Below are positions 11,583 to 23,600 of a stretch of 64,000 bases of DNA, one piece after another (the stretch's first letter is position 1; every line of letters starts with the position of its first letter). Origin of the DNA: Phoronis australis (lineage: Eukaryota; Animalia; Phoronida); NCBI GenBank assembly GCA_002633005.1, contig NMRA01000576.1:52329-116328 (forward strand), written 5' to 3'. The position numbers and the translations under genes are program-made. A model generated the notes under the pieces. The model did no database searches. It saw only the letters and a list, made by a program, of their open reading frames with translations, and was not told where the DNA came from.

Positions 11583-11840
11583 GTGTGCATCCAGCCTAAA
11601 ATATAGGGGGTTCGACTTTTTGACAATGTGTACCCTTTACTAACAAAAAAGCGGGGGACTAAAAAAACGGGGTACCACGTTCAGAGCTATGAATTGTGCA
11701 TTCGCACCTTTTTAGTGGACTTTTGTCTCGTTTTCTCGGACTTTTTGTTTCTCTGAGGCGGACCTTTTCACCCACTTCGCCAAATAGGGGGGCTCCTTCG
11801 AGCCCCCCAAGCCCCCACCCCCGCCAGGGTGTGTGCATGC
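11583..11840 (+). repeat. Short interspersed MITE-like repeat, copy 2
   Basis: Similar to 8570-8800. Lies about 160 bp after the GTPase stop codon. Confidence 0.6.
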
Positions 11841-12498
11841 AAATACAGAGAATCACACTACTAAGAAAATTAAACTGGTAAGAATCACATATCATACCAT
11901 AATGGTAAGGCCACAAATTCAGATGTGCTGTTGTACAAACTTTATCGTTTAAAAAGAACTAAACCTTTGTTCAGCTCAGACATATACGTCGTCATGTCCA
12001 TACTCTATGTTGTGTTGACCATGTGTGCATCAAGGGTGCGCTCGAATTACGTGTGACGTGCTCATGAATGCGTTGTTTTAGTCTGCATGGAGTAAGTGCA
12101 ATGTGAAACTCGTTACACTCAGAACACTGTATATTACTGTTAGCATGGGCCTGTCTTCACATGTGACCTTACTAGATTGCACCCGTCTGAACGCTCGACA
12201 GGGGGATACCAGACCTCCCTTGGTCAAATTTACTGTCGAGTCACTGGCTCAAAAACTTCTAGTGCTGCGGAACAAGCAAAAATTAAAGGGCACGCCTTTA
12301 TTTCAAAGAGTTTTTCTTCGTGGAAGCAAATCTCGCACTGACTGGTTAATTGAAATTAATTTCAAAACAATCATCGAAACTTTGCCGAACAACAAGGAAT
12401 TCAAGATCCGTTCAAATGGTCGAATTGTGAGCGTGGCCACAGGTGAGGAGGCTGACTCGAGGAACAAAACAATTCATGATGCAGAATAGGACAGCGTT

Positions 12499-13300
12499 TT
12501 GAGGATTTGCGAGGCCAATGTCTGTGGTTGGACTAGCAAAAATCCATTGCTCCGTGAACAATTGCTGTCTTCATTCAACGCCCACATCATAGGGGTGGTA
12601 GAAACTCATTTACATGCAAATAAATCTATTACCTTGCCCGGTTATTGTTGGTACGGACACAATAGGCAGCTTATAAACAAGCGGGCCCCAAGAGGTTCGG
12701 GTGGGGTAGGAATATTTGTTAAAAATTATTTGTTTAAAACAATTAAAATTGATATTGTTGATAAGTCGTGTGATGGTATATTAGCTTTAAGACTAATTCA
12801 TATACGCTCAGACTATTGTATAATTGTATTTTGTTGCTATTTACCACCTGAGAACACTTCAAGGGGTTGTGATCCAGATAGTTGCTATAGCCATCTATTA
12901 TGCCAGTTATATTTACATGCAGATATAGCATATGACATTGTTATACGTGGAGATTTTACTCGAGAGAGGATAACTTGAATGATTACATTCCAGATGTTGA
13001 TTGTCAAGTAAATAAACGAGTCGTAATTGATAAAGCTGTAAATAGTCATGGTAGAAGTTTGATTGACTTTTGTTCGGCTCTAAAACTTGCATAGTGAATG
13101 GTTGGAAAGAGATAAGTAAAGATAACTTCACCTCAATAAGTCATAGAGGAAGAGCGGTTGTAGATTACTTTATTGTCCCCCATGAGTCGCTTCAGTCTTG
13201 TCTTAAATTTGAGGTCCATGCTTGTACGGAGGTAGTTGACAAACATCATTTACAGGGACTATTGCCAGAAAAGTCAAAACTGCCTGATCACAGTGTATTG
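12499..13300 (+). pseudogene. LINE ORF2 APE endonuclease domain (frameshifted)
   Basis: ORFs 12499-12978 and 13070 onward carry APE motifs. The frame is cut right after PDHSVL by the HINE insertion. Confidence 0.9.
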
Positions 13301-15560
13301 TTATTACTCTGCGCGTGCAAGCGCAGAGTACTGTTGTTCCTGGGTTTTCTTCAATTTTGTTCTTATTACTCTGTGCGTTCAAGCGCAAAGTTTTACTGTT
13401 CTACGTATTTTATCTTCTTATTCTTATTCTTATTCTTATTCTTCTTCGTCCTTCCTTTTCATATTGTTATTACTCCTGCATTCATTCATTTAGAGCAATA
13501 ATATTCACTGTAATTCATACGATAGTTAAGGGATTTGTAATGATTGTATCTTTTTGACCCAAAATGCACTAGGATAACCTAAAACGGGTCAAGGAGTGCA
13601 TTTTATCAAAATGCTTCTTCTACAGTTTTTTAGATAGACTCTTTGAATTTTGTTAACAAGTAGGCACTAGAGATCTGCATCCGAAATTTACTTGGATTTC
13701 CAATTGGATCAAGGGATCCCAGTTTCCGGGTCAAAGATCATTAAGTGCAAAAGTGAATTTTGAGCTAGACCTTTCATAATCATGCATATGGTTACCATTC
13801 ATAAAGGAAGTTCAGTTACAAACTTTGGGTTCACTAGGTGTAAATTTGGGGTCATTAAGAGCAGTTTTCTGTTAAATTTAAGACATACTCACTAATCTTG
13901 TACTTAGATGATGCATTAGGGAGAGCATTTATATTCATGGTGATTAAACCCATTGGCGATCAAATTCTATTGATCACATGGATGTGACTCAAAATGCTCC
14001 GGATTGACCCGAAATGGGTCAAGGGGTGCATTCCATCAAATTGCTTCTGCTCCTACAGGTTTTTAGATAGACTCTCCGAATTTCGTTATCAAGCGGGAAC
14101 TACAGATCTGCATCCGAAATTTACGTGGCATTGAAATCGGATCAAGGGTACCGAGTTTCCGGGTCAAAGGTCATTAAGTGCAAAATGATTTTTGAGCTAG
14201 GCCACACATAATCACGTATATAGTTTTCATTCGTAAAGAAAATTCAGTCACAAACTTTAGGGTCATTAGGTGCAACTGCGTGGTCATTAGGTGCAGTTTT
14301 CCGTTGATATTCTTACTCTTCACTCTTGCTTTTTCATAGTTACCAGGGACATCTCTCTCTTTCACACAAAGGATGCAACTTCTATGCAATGTAATGCCCC
14401 TATACTTTACTATGCACATGCATACACCACGCGCAGCGTTGTAAGTGCGCATACGCAATTGCGTTCTAGTTCTTCTTATTCTTCTTCCGATCTACTTTGA
14501 GGCTTAATAACTCCGAATTAGGTGCAGGAACGTTCGTTATATTCAGCGTGTTTTCGACAGGACATAAATTTCGATTCGTTATATAATCATATTCCATATT
14601 GCACCGGACGAGGTCGTTTGGTGCAAAGGTCATATAATTTTCGAAATACTACTCCTTCAGTTTTAAAGCTTTTTCAAATTCGGTGCACAGGTATAGGTCA
14701 ACAAGACAATTTAAAAATTACTTTTCTAAGTAATCGGATCATCCAATCAGGTAAAACAGGTCAAAGGTCATTAGGTGCACACTAAAATTTTGAGCTAGGC
14801 ACTTCAAATTCACAAGTCTCATTGGTACGTCCAATTCTATTCGAAATCCAAAGTTTCAGGTCATTTAGTGCAACCATGGGGTCATTAGGTGCATTTTTTC
14901 TGAAAATTTGTCCTTTTCATTCACCAAATATTCTGATGTGTGGACCGTTAGACAACTGTGTATCTCAGCATTAAACACACTTTTTAATGGCTTTACAATA
15001 ATTCTCCTTAAGATGCTTATAATGCACTGAATAAGGTCAGTTAGTGCAAAGGTCATCTAATGTTCAAAATGTTATATCTCCTATATTTTTCAAGGAATTC
15101 TTTTCAATTTCGGCACACTGGTGTAAACCAATAGGCCAATCGAACACCCTACTTTACTAAGTAATAGGCCTATCCAATCAGAAAAAATAGGTCAAAGGTC
15201 ATTAAGTGCAAACTAAAATTTTGAGCTAGAGACTTCAGAACTACATATATGTCTAGTAAATGCGATTGAGTTTGAATTCTAAAGTTTCAGGTCATTGTGT
15301 GCATCCTTGGGGTCATTAGGTGCATTTTTCTGACAGTTTGACCAATTTCTTCATTTAATCGAGTTTACATTTATTCCCTAATCAGGGCTCATAATGCACG
15401 AGAAGGGTTCAATTAGTGCAAAGGTAATTTCTCCTACAGTTTTAAAGAATTCCTTTTCATATTAGTAAACAGGTTGTTGTCAATAACTTTCCATAACAAT
15501 TCCAGTAATATGCACGAGCAGAGTCCATTATTGTCACGCCGTGACAATAATCTTTCTAGT
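13301..15560 (+). mobile_element. Composite HINE/DINE-1-like (Helentron-associated) element, outer family B
   Basis: 5' TTATT-ACTCTGCGCGTGCA-AGCGCAGAGT, 3' subTIR TGCACGAGCAGAGT (15511-15524), 11-bp hairpin ATTATTGTCAC-gcc-GTGACAATAAT (15527-15551) and CTAGT end. Inserted at a TT; removing it restores the LINE frame PDHSVLLEIMLHV. Confidence 0.9.
13363..14470 (+). mobile_element. HINE family A nested in the T-rich tract of family B
   Basis: Has its own 5' end TTATTACTCTGTGCGTTCAAGCGCAAAGT, a (TTCTTA)n microsatellite, ~430 bp internal repeats (13555 and 13985), and a 3' CACGCGCAG plus imperfect hairpin plus TTCTAGT. Confidence 0.85.
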
Positions 15561-17388
15561 TAGAAATTATGCTACACGTTCCAGTGAATATCAGTGACGA
15601 AACTGTAGAGGATCACGGTACGGATAACTCCTTTGATATGCGATTTCGAAAACGGTTTAAATTAAATTCTATCCCTAGTGAATTCATGGATAATGAGATT
15701 TTTAAAAGGGTAATTAGAGAGTTGCTTTTAATATTAGAAAATGAGTGTCGAAGACAATATGAAGTCGATGAGATTTATAACTCCCTATGCGAAATTATAA
15801 AAACAGAAATGGAATTGCATTTAATATGTACTCAAAGTTGCAACAAAAATCTGAGAAAAAAGTTCAGGCAAACAAGCCCTTTTGGAATGATGAATTAACG
15901 CAACTTTGGAAAAACGTGGCCCAGAAAGAAAAGGTATTTCTCAAAGAAAAAATACTAAACGACGAAGGAAGCGAATGTATGAATATAAGAACTCTAGATA
16001 TTACTTTGACAAAAGATTCAGGTTTTCAGAAAGACAGTATTTGAAAAATAAATTAACTCTGATTGAAAAATCATGTGAAAATGACCCCAATGTTTTTGGA
16101 ATGAACTCAAGAACTTAGGACCTCAGCTCAAGAAGAGGCATGAAAATACTATTCCCTCAGAAAGATGGGAGGCCAGTTTTAGATATTTGTTTGCGAAAAT
16201 TCCGTTGGATGAAGGTCAAAACGTAGAGGATTTGGAGAAAGCAATGCAATATTCTGAATTTTCGGGTCATGTAAAAGAAGTACTGGAAAAATGTTTTTCG
16301 TTTTTTGAAGTTTATTCTGTTGTTCGCAAATTAAAATCGGGTAAGGCCACTGGTATAGACGGGATACCATGCGAAGTGCTGAGACCTCCAGAAATTTTTA
16401 ATATTTTGGTCTCGCTCTTTCAGAAGGTCTTTGACACTGGATTTATTCCATCATTATGGTATAAAGCGATTATCACCCCTAAGCCGAAAGGATCAGATAG
16501 AGATTTGAATTTACCGTACAACTATAGAGGCATAAGTCTGTTCTCCACCGTGACCAAAGTGTATTGTAATGTACTGAACAGGAGATTAATCAAGTTTCTG
16601 AATGTCGAACACAAACTGAATGAAGAACAAAATGGTTTCCGACAGGGGAGGTCTTGTCTTGACCACGTGTTTACACTCACGTCTATTGTTAGAAATATGA
16701 TAGCTTGTAGTAGATCAACGTTTGTAATATTCGTCGATATGGAACGGCTTTTGACAATTTAGATAGAAATTTTTTATTGAAAACATTAATTGTTTAGGAG
16801 TGGTTGGAAAATTCTATCACTCAGTAAAATCTTTGTATGCGCAGACAGACAGACAGAAGCCTGTGAACAATTAGGTCAGTCAAGTTATACCAACTGGTTC
16901 CCAGTACAAAGAGGGGTCAGGCAGGGAGATCCATTGTCGCCTACATTGTTTTCAGTTTTCATAAATGATTTGATTAATGATTTGAACAGTTGTAGCAAAG
17001 GTGTCAATTTTGATGGACGTAATTTATCCTGTCTCTTGTATGCAGATGACATTGTGATTTTTTTCTGGTATAACATACTGAGTAATTGGTGTGCAAGGTG
17101 GCAAATGTCTGTAAATTTTTCCAAGACTGACGTGGTTTATTTTCGCAAGAGGGGACATGTAAGAACGAGTTTTTAATTCATTTTGTGTGATCGCATTGTG
17201 AATTTAAGAGAATGTTATAAGTATCTGGGTGTAACTCTGAACGAGTTTATGGATTTCAGTTTGCCAGCTGAGATACTGGCACACTCCGCGTCTACAGCGT
17301 TGGGAGCTCTGGTGCGCAAGTACAAACATATTGGTAACATTGGTTTCAACAATTACAGTAAATGTTTTGAAATATCAGTAGCTTCAAT
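15561..17388 (+). pseudogene. LINE ORF2 linker and reverse transcriptase (frameshifted)
   Basis: ORFs starting at 15569, 15787, 15906, 16187, 16790 and 17183 carry consecutive RT motifs including YADD and YKYLG. Confidence 0.9.
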
Positions 17389-18888
17389 AGCGGATTTGCA
17401 GCGACGCCATATTGAAATTAGGTTAAAATGGTGCATTGTGGGTGCTGTGGTCAGGATTCCGAAAGCGGCCATAGTAACAAGCATAATACGCGGTATGAGC
17501 GCGAAGAAAACTTACGGCGGATACAATTGTTGTGTTCCTGGCTGCTTCAAAAACAACAAGTGAGATAAAAATCTGAGTTTTTATGTGTTCCCTGCAAACT
17601 AAGAACTTCGTGAAAAATGGATAAACAACATTTGGAGAGCTGGGAATAGGCCTAGGGGGAGATTTACCGCATTCAAGCCAACGCGGGGCCATGGAGTAGG
17701 CAACACGTAGCCCCTCGGTTGGCCATATAGGGGCTACAATACTTCCATTCGCTTTCTGTACTCATTTTGTTACTTCAGTTTAATTTAAACAGGCCGTGAC
17801 CGGATTTGGGTTACCGATTTCGAGTTTTCACCTCGTCAAAAATACATTCTACACTTAAAACTATCATTTAAAAAAACGCTTACTTTCATACTTCTATGCA
17901 TATCTTTGATGAACATGGCTTAGTTGTGAGAATTAAGTTGACTTTGGCGAAGAATTACAACTCCACTTTTTTGGTTGCCGTTAATTTTATCACCGCGTGC
18001 GCGTTAACCACAAAGCATGTCAACTGAATTACGTGAGTTAGGCAAACTTGTTAGCGCGAGACTGAGCGAAGCGCGCGGCGCTAGCGCACGACACTTGTAA
18101 AATAACATGAGAAGGTATCGGGTGAAATTTGTAACATGTGTGTCCCTTGGATTTTTTATTCGTCAACATGCGTAATTTCACGTAACTTCCTCAAAATGGC
18201 ACCCGGTAACTGAGAGAAACTCGAGCAAACCGCGACAGATTTTCATCGATTTGTTTAAGTTTTGCTGACTAAATTGTATCCAGAGTCTTGGAATGTGTTA
18301 ATTATAACTCCGTGTTCCTATATGTATGGTTCATTTGATTTTATTTGCTGTATTTTGAAATGAGTAACTTCTTTTGTGAGGATGAACTATCGCCCCTGAA
18401 TGCTTGCGGCATCCAGTGCGATGTAATTGCATAGGGGCCATCGTGTGTGCAGCGAACATTTTCCTGGAGGAAAAAAGACGTATGAGAACAACATTCCGAC
18501 GGAGTTTCCTCTTAAAATTAACGTCTCTAACATATCCACGGCGAAAGCTACAAAAGTTAAGCAACCCAAGAACTCTCAACTTGTCTGAAGCCGGTGGAGA
18601 TTTCGAAATCAACGCCGATAGCCCCAATACTGAACATGACGACAGTCGTGCCCTCAGTCACACGGTCATTGATCATAGCTACGCTGTGTTTACAAACGAG
18701 AGAGAGGACTTGCTTGGTATTATAAAGCAAAAAAATGAAACATGGTTTTTAGTTTGCAAATCACTCGAAATGCACACACTATCCAGTCTGCTCAAGACAT
18801 GCCTGACCACAAGCTCTCGCATGAGCCTTCGAGCAGGAAGTAACTCGCACATGCGCAATGCGTAGTTCGTTTGCGCTGCAAATCCGCT
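17389..18888 (+). mobile_element. ISL2EU-like (Harbinger-related) non-autonomous DNA transposon with a THAP remnant
   Basis: Perfect 15-bp TIRs AGCGGATTTGCAGCG / CGCTGCAAATCCGCT with a 2-bp AT duplication (17387-88, 18889-90). Removing it restores the LINE frame SVASILEYDSGIWG. No DDE core seen. Confidence 0.85.
17495..17705 (+). pseudogene. THAP zinc-finger domain remnant
   Basis: MSAKKTYGGYNCCVPGCFKNNK*DKNLSFYVFPAN*ELREKWINNIWRAG..FKPT with in-frame stops. A downstream segment at about 18560-18740 has DHSY, an HCF-binding-type motif typical of THAP proteins. Confidence 0.8.
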
Positions 18889-19643
18889 ATTCTAGAATAT
18901 GATTCTGGAATTTGGGGATACTCTCAATACTCCAAATACGAAATGATCAGAACGAGAGCACTACGTATATTCTTAGGGGTCCACAAGTATGCTGCCAATG
19001 CAGTACTTTATGGCGACTCAGGTTGGCCAAATTCACACTACAAACAACATGAAAATATGCTAAGGCTCTGGAATCGCTTAGTTCTAATGGATGAAAGCAG
19101 AATTGCAAAAAGTCTTTTTATGGGACCTTAAACATCGGAACTCCTACAATTGGTCAAGTTCAATACTTAAAATTATGGAGAAATGCGATTTTTTAGAAAA
19201 TTTCAGGAACAAACAAATTTTGTCTCTCGAAAACTTCAAAACTTTCAGGTTCCACTTTGAAGAGTTAAACTGGTTAAAATAATCACTGAGAAACCAAAAG
19301 TGTGCTTATATAGGTCTGTTAAGAATGACTATTGTGTAGAAGAGTATTTGCGCCTGCCGGTGTCTCACAGGTCCGTCATACTCGATTGAGAGCAGGAATT
19401 CTACCATTAGAGGTTGAGGTGGGGCGGTACTTCGAAATTCCTGTGAATGAACGGATTTGTCATGTTTGTAAAAACGGAATTGAAGATGAAGTTCATTTCA
19501 TTTTTGACTGTGAAAAATATACTCACATTCGACCATTTTCATACGGAATTCTACCTCAAATATTTCAAAATAACTTGAAAGGTCTAGCGAAATTCATTCA
19601 AGACGTTTTGCAGCTTAAAAGTAAGTATTTGTTTATAAACTAG
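18889..19643 (+). pseudogene. LINE ORF2 C-terminal region with a Cys/His motif
   Basis: ILEYDSGIWG...LRLWNRL...RLRAGILPLEVEVGRY...CHVC...HFIFDC, spread over shifted frames. Confidence 0.85.
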
Positions 19644-21208
19644 TCTGAAGTGGTCATATTTGAGCGTGTGCAATATGTTATGTAATTGTTTAATTATTAT
19701 TAGGTGACTGAGTAAGCCCACTGAGGCGGGGGGTGTGGTGAATATTCTGTCTTTGAGACTGTATTTACTGGCACCCTTATGTCACTAAAATAAATAAATA
19801 AATATTATAGACATTACTTTTGTTGAGCGGAGGTGATTTTTACTACAGCTTTGTGAAAAACCAAGACAACTTTTGGGTGGCAGCACGATGTGCTATATTT
19901 TGAGGTGGATCTTTGCCAAATCACTGATACATGTATGATGCTTGACTGAACTTCAGCGAAATGTCGTACGGTGTATATAATCCATTTACCGACCATAGTG
20001 TAGATCAATTTATAAACATTCTAAAGACGCCTGGTAAGAAACGTCGTGTCATGAAAATGTATACTGCGGCCATTAGGCCTATCGCCAAGACGAATGTGTC
20101 TTACGTTTAATTTTAAACAATAACATCAAACATCACGCCGCATTATTGTGAAATCAAATTGGATTGTAAACGTAGAATATCTGGCAGTTTTTTATGTAGA
20201 ACAGCATGGTCACAAAAAGCTCAAGACTCACTTGTAACAAATTTTCTGCAATTCTGTTGGTTGTAACTATCTTGCCCCTAGACATAATTTTGTGTATACG
20301 GTTTGCACACTATCCATAATGTATCATTATTCTGGTTCAAGACAAGAACACATTTTAATCACCGCGGATTGTTAGAAGCATTAACAATTGTTTTAGATGT
20401 GTTTTCTTTGACGACGACGAGTGTGCCGGTTTGAAGATCTAGTAATCACTTAATATCATGCATGAACGTATGTTCTTTTCGTTCTTACAATTTCTGTTGG
20501 AAGTTGTTGCGTTGTGTGCCTACCAGTCCGCAGATGGTGGTCAATATCACTGGTTCACAAGAAAATTTTCTGCCAACATGCACAAGCACATTGACTTATG
20601 AATGCTTTGCCTGTAACGTATTTTTTCCTTTTATTTCTCTTGATGTTTGTTGGCTATCTCTCAAAATGCACGTGTTAGTTGGCGAGTGAAGTGTGTAGAA
20701 ACTTAATACAATTATGTCAATGTTAATTCATTGTCATTACCAATGACCTAAGTTCTAAGAAATGCGAATTTGGTGTTCTCAGAAAAAATGCCATTGTCCA
20801 ACACAAGACTCACTCTTTCGTGCACTCAATGAAAACCAATCAATTGTTAAAGCTCTCAATTCTTGTAATAATATCTCTACTTAAGTTACATTATTATTGA
20901 ATGGAAGTCCTAACCTTGACCTTGTTCTCAATGAATTCTTCCTAAGCAACGTTTGCAAATTTTTATGTACCGTTTATAAACACTGTTGTTTCTGATTTCC
21001 ATACATGAATCTGTACATGTTTTTGTTTTCATATATTCGTAATAGCATTTATAAATATTAGAATACTTATATTAGATACTACTTAAATGTACATACCTCT
21101 ATGTATATTAGTTTCATTTATGAATTGTGTACAACCCAGATATAATGCTTCACGATTTCTGGGTTTGTCATTATTTCTTTGTATGTTCTGTGCATTCTTC
21201 AATAAATA

Positions 21209-22797
21209 TACATGCCAGTCGAAGTAGGATGTAAAGGTTTCATCGGAAGCAGCATGTGGAGGTTGATGAAGTTCCTAGGTATCATCCCAGTGTCGAGGAA
21301 GAATTTGGTGCAGTCAGTGATGAGATCTGCTGAAGAGTCGTCGTCGTGGTTATGGTTACAGCGAGACAACAGGTGGCACTCCATGTGATGACCGAAGCCT
21401 GATCAACTTCGGGGACCCGGCATCCCAGATGATTCTAGATTAGGGGTAGAAATTATCGATGAGGATGCATTCTAGCTGATGACAGCACTTGGAGAAACAG
21501 CACACAACAATAGTGTTTCGGGTAATTCAACGTCTGGACAAGATCCAGTGACATCCAGGAAAAGGCTGGAAGACAACCTGGAAAGGCAGTTGACGACTTG
21601 GAGAGATGGGTGGCGACCTGGAGAGACGGGTGACATTCTGGAAAGACAGTGGATTGGGTGGGTTAGCGACCCATCCAGTTGAAATTTATATTGCTACGAG
21701 TAACCAAAGAAGAGAATACCCCCAGAGTTCTCCGAGACGGGGAAGGATGAAGAGCTCAACGATCAGAATACTACGGAATCAACTCCGCAAGTTACAGAAA
21801 CTACGGCATTGAACAACGTGACTACCACGGAGACGACACGGCAACGTACAAGGACTGCGAAACTGATAAATGATGACCGAGTATGCAGGGGATGTAAGAG
21901 GACGTAGACACAGTGTCTCCAGTGGCAACGCTTAGGTGGTACTACTAGTACTCCTAGTAAGACGACTGAAGAGGATAGCCAGAGTAAAACCCACAGAGCG
22001 TTGATCTTCAAAGCCCATGGAGCAATAGGGGAAGCAAGTGTGTCCGCTGCATCAGACGGCACGGCACCAGACTCAGACACGTTGGAGAGGGACAGTGTTG
22101 AAGTATTTACATCTGGCAGGGAGGAGCAGGACTCAGAGTTTGTGTTGCTTTCCATGTCACAGTTGCTCACGGAAACATGTGAGGACCGGGATCCAGACAG
22201 CATTCCGAGGCAAAGAACTGAAGCACTATTTGAGGTGGCAAGGAAGGAGCGGATTATTTAGCCGAGAGGCAATGACTCAAAGTCTTGGAGTCTTCTGGAT
22301 GAGGATCTTGATGGCGTTCTAGAGGCGAATTTAAAGCGTACTGCACAGAAGAAACTGATCACCATGACTGAGCTGGTCTACACAGTTTGCAAAGATCGAT
22401 TGGGCGTGGCGGCGAAGAGAAAGAATCCAACTACGCAAGGGCCTAGCAGAAGACAGAGGGAAATCAAGGAGATCCGGGTGGATCTGAGAGACCTTAAGAG
22501 GATCATGAAAGGAGAGGCTTAGCCCATTTAAGACAGGACCTGAGGTGTAAACTTTTATCTTTGTGTAAGGCAGAGCAGCTTAGAAAGAGGAAGTCCGTGT
22601 GAAGATCCGGAAGAGGAAGAAATTTCTGTCCAATCCATACAAGTTCACGAAGGAGCTTTTTGGGAAAGAGACAAGTGGGCAGCTCAGATGCTCAAAGGAC
22701 GAGCTGGAAAGACATCTGGAGGTGGTTCACAGTGACAGTCGGTGCGAGGAACCTTTGGGAGAATTTGACTGGATGGATGAAGAGGAATTTTCGAGTG
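21209..22797 (+). mobile_element. Hero/NeSL-like (REL-endonuclease) non-LTR retrotransposon: 3' end of one unit followed by the 5' part of another
   Basis: 21212-21388 reads MPVEVGCKGFIGSSMWRLMKFLGI...AEESSSWLWLQR* (ORF C-terminus). About 22240-22795 reads RII*P..W.LLDEDLDGVLE..PSRRQREI..RKKFLSNPYKFTKELFG..SGQL.CSKDELERHL (pre-RT N-terminal part). Ends near the N at 22799. Confidence 0.8.
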
Positions 22798-22799
22798 TN

Positions 22800-23600
22800 T
22801 TAAAGATCAAATGTAAAGAAAACTTTCATATTTTTCATCCAAAACTTGTTGCATTGTCCATACAGTGTAATCCAATGTTTACTATTACCGCTTGCCTTCA
22901 ACCTTCGAATTAGTGGTATAACACAACGGACGTGAACTCATGTAACCGAGACAGTAAAACAAGGTTAATTTATTTGACCCTGTGCTAAGACGATTATGCA
23001 TCGACACGCAAAGTGGTATCAGCCTGACAACCTATTACGCAACTGCTACTCTAGCCTAAAAATAGCAGCCGACCAGCTGGTCAGCTGATGGCCGGTCGGC
23101 TGAAGGGTCGGCTGAAGGGTCGGCTGGGGAGTCGCCTTATGAGTCGGCACTGCGGGCGGCTGCTTAATTTTTAGCCGACCGGTCGGCAAATTAGCCGACC
23201 GGTCGACGGCTAGTCGTCGACCAATTTCCGACCGGGCGGCCAAAAATTCGTGATGTGTGCTGTAAATATCAAATGTAAAGAAAACTTTCTCGTTTTTTAT
23301 CCAAAATTTGTTGCATTGTCCATAATCCAGTGTTTACTATCACTGCTTCCCTTTAACCTTCGAGTTTATTTAGTGGTGTTACACAACCGGGTGAACTCAT
23401 GTAAGGGAGACAGTAAAACTAGGTTAAATTAGTCGACCCTGTGCTAAGACGAATATGCATCCACACGCAAAGTGGTACCAGCCTGACAACTTATTACGCA
23501 ACTGCTACTCTAGCCTAAAAATAGCAGCAGCCAACTGGTCAGCTAATGAGCAGTCTTCTGAAGGGTCGGTTGAAGGGTCTGCTGAAGGGTCGGCTGTTTT
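22800..23600 (-). repeat. Two tandem partial inverted copies of the left ~460 bp of the 1.6 kb TIR element
   Basis: 22801-23263 is the reverse complement of 24622-25086. 23264-23600 repeats the first ~335 bp of that unit. Confidence 0.8.

Larger units (their letters stand above)
12143..19803 (+). mobile_element. Decayed APE-type LINE (RTEX/Proto2-like), 5'-truncated in ORF1 and carrying two nested insertions
   Basis: ORF1 C-terminus (RPPLVKF...LLVLRNKQKLK), APE endonuclease (GVVETHL, GSGGVGIF, CYLPP, GDF, VDYF, PDHS), RT (NYRGISL, EQNGFR, GVRQGDPLSPTLF, LLYADD), C-terminal LEVEVGRY..ERICHVC..EDEVHFIFDC and a (TAAA)n tail at about 19788-19803. Confidence 0.9.

Noticed and set aside
17183-17563. 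Apparent RT-THAP fusion ORF
   Set aside because: It is a chance in-frame read across the LINE/ISL2EU-like junction, and both parts are pseudogenised.
20690-21205. Very degenerate L2/CR1-like 3' fragment ending in AATAAATA
   Set aside because: Only faint motif traces, too weak to annotate.
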